DNA of 64,000 bases from Guillardia theta CCMP2712 (taxonomy: Eukaryota; Protista; Cryptophyta): the NCBI RefSeq assembly GCF_000315625.1, contig NW_005434671.1:414078-478077 (forward strand), in the 5' to 3' direction. Each line of letters begins with the position of its first letter. Positions within the stretch are counted from its first letter, which is position 1. Positions 58,614 to 64,000 of the stretch are shown here, piece after piece. A program made the translations under genes and the position numbers. The notes under the pieces were generated by a model, which worked only from the letters and a program-made list of their open reading frames with translations, was not told the origin of the DNA and made no database searches.

Positions 58614-60438
58614 TCATTGCTGGCGATCTTGATCTCGCTTGAGTCCGTTTTGCCGAATGCTCCACAGGAAATTTGCTGTGGTCCTGCTGCCGTTCTTCCG
58701 CCAGTGAATCTCCTCTTGCAAGGGGTCGCCTTTCTCCAAGCTCAAAGGCGGATCATACAGCTTGGTGTCCTGGCCAACAAGCTATTGCGCATCAGAGATC
58801 ACTTTGCTTCTCGCAAGCTAAACCACCTTCGTGCCAACTGCGATCGCACCCGCACCCGCACGGAGCCTGGATGAAACACATGGATCAACGTCAGGAGATA
58901 AAGAATGGTCGGTACCATTTCTGGATGTCCTCTGGTAAAATCCCTCCCGATACAAGGATGAAGACCTTGAGCATGTCACTGCCCCCATCAACCAATGGAC
59001 ACCAACGCTAGATACCTCCTTGTACGGACCGAGCGACTTGACGGCTTCGAGGCCTTGCCAGCCCAGACTGCAAGCAGGAAACAACTTCACGGCTCGAGCT
59101 CCCGCTGCATGTCGGTGACGAGAAGAAACAACTTCATCATCCTAACAAACCTTGAATCGCAGTGTAAATCTCAGTCGGTGTCAACGCAGCTGGAATGGCC
59201 AAGACGCCTCTCTTCTCGCAGATATCTATGATCTCTGTGCACAAAATCTTTTTGGGAAATTACATGTCTCCAACGAAAGCGTGAATCCGCAACTTACTGG
59301 ACTTGTGATAAATTTTGCTCCGGCATCTATCGCTGCAACTGCTTGCTCTTTGTCCATAACAGTTGCAGCCCCAACGGAGACTCGTTTTGGAAGTACAGAA
59401 GAAAGGGTCCGAATCACGTGTAGTGCTTGTGGGGTATCCAACGTGACCTCCAACAAAGGACACCTTATGAAGATAAATCACAGGTGAACAGGAAGATTAA
59501 AGGGATTTCTTCACCCTTTCATCGATGCCAATTCCAGCCCCCTAAGGATCAGGCGGTCTGGGTGACCACCGCGGAGAACGGCAACCACCTTATGCTTCTT
59601 GATCCTCGCCATAGTCCTCTCAATCTCTGTTTCAGGACTAGAATGGGTAGAGTTAGGTTCAACACTCACTCCAAGCTCCACTTACGCGATCACTTCTCCC
59701 TTGAGCGAGTTGATGCCTTCAATACCGCCGACATCCTCTTGCAGCAATTTTCTAACATAAGTCGCGAGGTCAGAGATTGTTTTCTCTTTGTTGTGAAATG
59801 TGATATCTAGATTAGACAGACACGTTACAAGAGAATCCGAAGGAATCCGCCAGCTCGTTTACCTGGATCCGTCAAACGGGAGAAGACATCATCCATTATC
59901 CTGATGTGCAGGAATTTCCTCTTCCTATTCTTTTGATCCGCACTCATTGCATCTTTGCACATACAAAGTGAACTGAAAGGTTGCCTCCTCCCACAAACTT
60001 CAGAAGCCAAAAACGAATGTCCCTCCATTCTGCGAACCAGGATAGAAAAGGCTATCAGCTCTTCTCGTTGTAAGAAACGACAGATACCTATCACTGTTTC
60101 CTCCAAAGTTGGAAAACTCTCTGAGAATATTTACGTCCTAACCACGAGTCATCATCCATTGGAATAGGATTGCACGTACCTTAAGGAGCATGTTGAAATT
60201 CCCCATGAAAGCAAGAGATGGCTGATTCGCAGCAAGTACCAGCTGTGAAACAAAGAAGAGGACCCCGATCCACTTCGACGGCATGATCTGCATCGAGTTT
60301 GAGTACTTTCGCAAAAATTACATTTGAAATTTTGTCATGATAATGAAAATAATTCGATCCATAATATGCTCTTTGATGTCCTTCCTGCCATGCAATCTGC
60401 TTTTGCCACTTTCGAACCCCGTCCGTCCTATCGCCCAT
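58614..60438 (-). CDS. KDPG/KHG aldolase (Eda-family) protein with N-terminal extension
   Basis: VVAVLRG, LEVTLDTP, VGAATV, AIDAGAKFITSP, VKLFPA (Schiff-base Lys), SGGI, GA.AIAVGT. The upstream exons (59800-60438) could be a separate gene. Confidence 0.8.
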
Positions 60439-61288
60439 TTCCCTCAGTTCGCGTTCCACCCCTCCCCGCTGCCCTTTCTACTTGCGCTTGCTCGTCGCAT
60501 TTTGGTTCTAGGGATGGGGTTGGCACGGGGAGAGTAGGGTGGGTACTAGCAAACAGTTGCTACGGTCGGAAGACGGGGTCCTCTCTAGCGCTATTCGATA
60601 CATAGGGTAGGTGGGTAGTTCTTGGGGAAAAAGAGTGGTAAAAAGGTTGTCGGAGGGCAACATGGGAAGTCAAACAACGGGTAGGGTCTTGAAATGGGGG
60701 GGTATTCACATTGGATGGACGGGTGGGTCTTCAGGTATGACACGGGTGGGGTAGTGTAAGTTACCACTGTGTGAGCGTTTGTTGGAAAACGGTAGGGGTA
60801 GTAGGTGATGTTGGGGTGCCTCACAAAGTAGGGGTGGGTGAATTTTGTGCGAGGAGTGTGACAGACATGGCTTCCCGTGATGCAAGGGGGTGACGAGGAC
60901 GAAGACGAGGAGCAGGAGCGATCGAGAAGGTGAGGAATGTCTGGCTGAGATGTCTCTGCTTCCATGGACCTTGTTTCCTCCTTGCATTGAGTGTTGGGTC
61001 ATAGCGTATGAGATTCATCGCAGAAATATTTTCTCATCTGCCATGATTCGTGTAGTGCATTCTGCTACCACACCTTTCTTTGGTTTCTGTCTTTGATATA
61101 TCCACCCCTCCTTGGAACTGAATAATCCGGAATATCTGCACATAAACTTTATGTCATAACACATTGTATCAACTTCATATGGGTGAGAATTAACCCTTCG
61201 TCGTAAGGCCCTGGACATTAGTTCGCTGATTGGCCATTGCAGGATAAATATGGAACCATGAAATGAGATCTCTCTCGCTAATCATTCA

Positions 61289-62500
61289 ATGAGTACAATG
61301 GATATTTCGGTCGCCGAGCCAACTGAATCGAAGAGTGGAGTTAAAGGTAGATGCCAGTCCATCAGTTCTAAGCGAAGGAGAAAGATACGGCTGATCACAC
61401 CTGAGGTTTTACGGCAGTTTAATGAGGCATACGATCGCAATGGTGAATGTGCAGCAAACAGCGAATATGAGATTCAAAAGCGAAAAGATGAGAAGGTTCC
61501 GTTCTCTACATCAAACAGCGGGGAAGAGGGAATTGCTGTGATATCCAGTTCTCGACCAATCAACAAGGAAATAGCACAGGAGTATTCCCTGTGGTGCGAG
61601 AATTTCTTAGACAACTTTCCTATACTGTATCAATCTCTACAGCTTCAAAATGGCAGGTCGGATGCTCTAGCGTTCATTTCGCAGATCTTTCGAACAAGTG
61701 AACAGAAGGCAAAGCAAGGGACAAAAAGGCTGGGGCCATCGAATTGGGCGGATGCTCCTGCTGAGCCCAAACCTGGATCAGATTCTCTTCCCTCTTCGAA
61801 GTCGTCAGGAGGAGAGCCAGATAGCCAGACGGTGGCTAACAGCGAGAATCGATTGAAAGCATACTTTCAGGAGATGCTGCATGAAAAAACTCTCAGGGAG
61901 TGCATATCCAAACTCGTCAAGATTTTTCGGGACCTGCAGCGCAGCAGTCCACGAGCCTCTATCTGTGCAGACGCTGTTGGAAAATTAGACATGTATAATT
62001 CCAAGAAACATAAGGTCAGCTTGTGATTTTCTCACTTTTTTATAATGACCATGATGCGACAGCTACTCGCAGGGCATTGCGAGCCATATGAAGATTGCAT
62101 CACCATCTTCCCTGCGATTGAAGCCGCTTCACCAGGATCTGTGCATGAACGTGCGTTGGTTTTACCAAGCGTTCCTTCAGGATCTTCTTAGCTCTCTTTT
62201 GTTGTTCATTCAGTACAGGCAAAACTTTTCAACCCCGTCTGATATCCGATTGTTGTTGTTGCTCCGAACACCAGTGGCTTCCCGATGTGTACAACAAGGT
62301 TTGCTGCAGAGAAATCTCTCAAAATTCGAGGAATATGCGCCTCATGAGTTACATAACCACCTATTGCTTGCCAAGACCGCAATCGCATCTCTTGTTCTAT
62401 TCATACTGCATTATCTTGCTACATTCACTTTGTTCTCAGATCTGGCTCTTGAAGACATACACAGTAATTACAGCCTTGCTTTATTACATACCATCACATC
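61289..62500 (+). CDS. Hypothetical protein, multi-exon
   Basis: 245-aa first exon ending at a GT donor near 62014, with further open segments downstream. Confidence 0.5.
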
Positions 62501-62919
62501 AGAGACAAATGAGATGAGATGAGACCGTTGGTGATAATTCGATGGTCCAACAAGTCCGAAGATCCGAAAGGGAGTACGTAAAGACAGTTGAAAGCAGGGG
62601 GATGGTAGTATGGGAAAGACGATCTGTGTAACGATCTGTGTCAAAGGGTTGAGGGCGGGGGGAGCGGGAGGGGGGGGGGGGGGGGGCGGGAGCAGCAATC
62701 GTGGAGGAAAAAGTAAAGCCAGGCTCAACAAACATCCACTACCCCCCTTTTGCTGAGTCATTATGACCGGTACATGACATTCTGAGTAGAGTACCCCAGA
62801 TCTACCCTCGTTCTACCCCCGTTTCGAATACCCTACCCTCGAACGTCGATCTGTACCCCCCCTCGCATCAATTTCCACCCCTACCCCATTTCATATCGTG
62901 GTGACTCTTCGCTATCAGC

Positions 62920-64000
62920 ATGGCGGGGAAGGGAAGGCTATGGTGGGGGGGAGGAGCGGCTGCTGCAGCGGGAGGAGCTGTGATGCTGCTACTCGTGTTG
63001 GTCAGCTACATGGCAAACTCGGTATGTGAACCATGCAATTGCTTCTTGCGCTGTCCTTTCTTTGTGCCTTTGTGTCGTTTTTGTTGTTCAACCTAAACCT
63101 TTTCTCTAGTCCTCTTATCTTCTCCTGTTCCCTTTCCTTTTGATAAGCTCCTGCTCTATTCCCTTTCCACGATGTCCCCATTCTGAACAGCTTATGTTCT
63201 CCTCAACTAAACTTGAGTTCATCTCCTGGCTGTGCACCTCTTTCTCGATGAGAGCCTTGGATGTTTTCTTCCTTGGCTTCGCGTGTTTCTCCTATCATCA
63301 ACATTCATCCTTAAGGCTTGTTTTGATCGTTTGCTGTTCCTACAGAATGTCATCAGCACGGTGCAACTCAACCCGAGGATAGCAGAGCTGAGACAGAAGC
63401 TTCAGAACACTGAGAATGCGTTGATGGGAATGTCGGGGAGAGAGGCCTTGGCAGAAGCTGAACGAGCTCAGATGCTCCAGCAGAAAATTGACAGTCTGAA
63501 ATCCGCCCAGCTCGCGCCCAGAGGGAATTTGGCAGCGTTTGAAACCTTGGCGATTGTGCATCCTCGAGGCAACCCTGGTGATCGACCCCACGTGTATCAA
63601 CCTGTGGCAGCTGGTGGGCATTACAGGACGAAGCAAGCTGAGGACTTGGCGAGGAATCTTGCCAAGGCGCACCAGCACGAGCAGCACATGATGCAGGAAA
63701 ATGCTCCCCACGTCGGGATTCAACGGCCAGCTCATGTCGCTCCTCGCAAGCAAATGAGCAAGAGGATTTCCAAGAAGGTTAATCCCTGGTCAGTCATCCC
63801 GAACAAGAAAGTTCTTCACTATGCTCGCAAGTCCCAATACATGGGGCAGTCATTTGACCATGCTGAGGGCTTTGATAGTGGAAGCGACAAGGACATTCTT
63901 GCTCGGGGTTTAAGCATCCTTTCTCAAGGTACAAAACGTGCAAGTGCGCCTGGGGGATTCGTTCAAGTCAAGACGCTTTTGCCGGGACAGAAGCTTCCCA
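62920..64000 (+). CDS. Type II membrane/secreted hypothetical protein, runs off the window
   Basis: MAGKGRLWW..AVMLLLVLVSYMANS, intron ~63022-63346, then an open frame to the window end. Confidence 0.6.

Noticed and set aside
1-64000. tRNA/rRNA genes
   Set aside because: No cloverleaf or rRNA-like conserved segment recognised by eye; a tRNAscan-SE/Infernal run would be needed to exclude them.

Overview
Gene-dense eukaryotic nuclear DNA with short (mostly ~50-150 nt) spliceosomal introns that often contain microsatellites. It most resembles a cryptophyte alga such as Guillardia or Hanusia. That call is inferred from a signal-peptide+Phe plastid presequence, a signal-peptide+RLRGG leader and a short RWP-RK gene. 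Recognisable genes: RNA polymerase I largest subunit (3' part), a 7-domain adenylate kinase with Dpy-30 tail, Xi-class GST, a VWA/Cache (alpha2delta/CACHD1-like) membrane protein, BET1, a LYR protein, PSMD5-like, an MFS transporter, a 5'-truncated CDC7, RWP-RK, an NSUN2-like m5C methyltransferase fused to a qRRM, a SYP7-like SNARE, a PiT/PHO4 transporter, an EF-hand/SAM protein, CDC45, MMADHC-like, plastid RimI-like and a KDPG-aldolase-like protein. The ~21.5-34.5 kb segment is accessory. It holds an array of five near-perfect hairpins interrupted by a 475-bp segment bracketed by GGGGTGT, two relics of a CRE-like non-LTR retrotransposon, and orphan gene pieces. The most unexplained signals are the hairpin array and a ~44-bp dispersed motif. 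The motif appears once intact and elsewhere as halves bordering GC/CCGG-rich non-coding islands. All calls are by eye, no searches were run, and exon boundaries are approximate.
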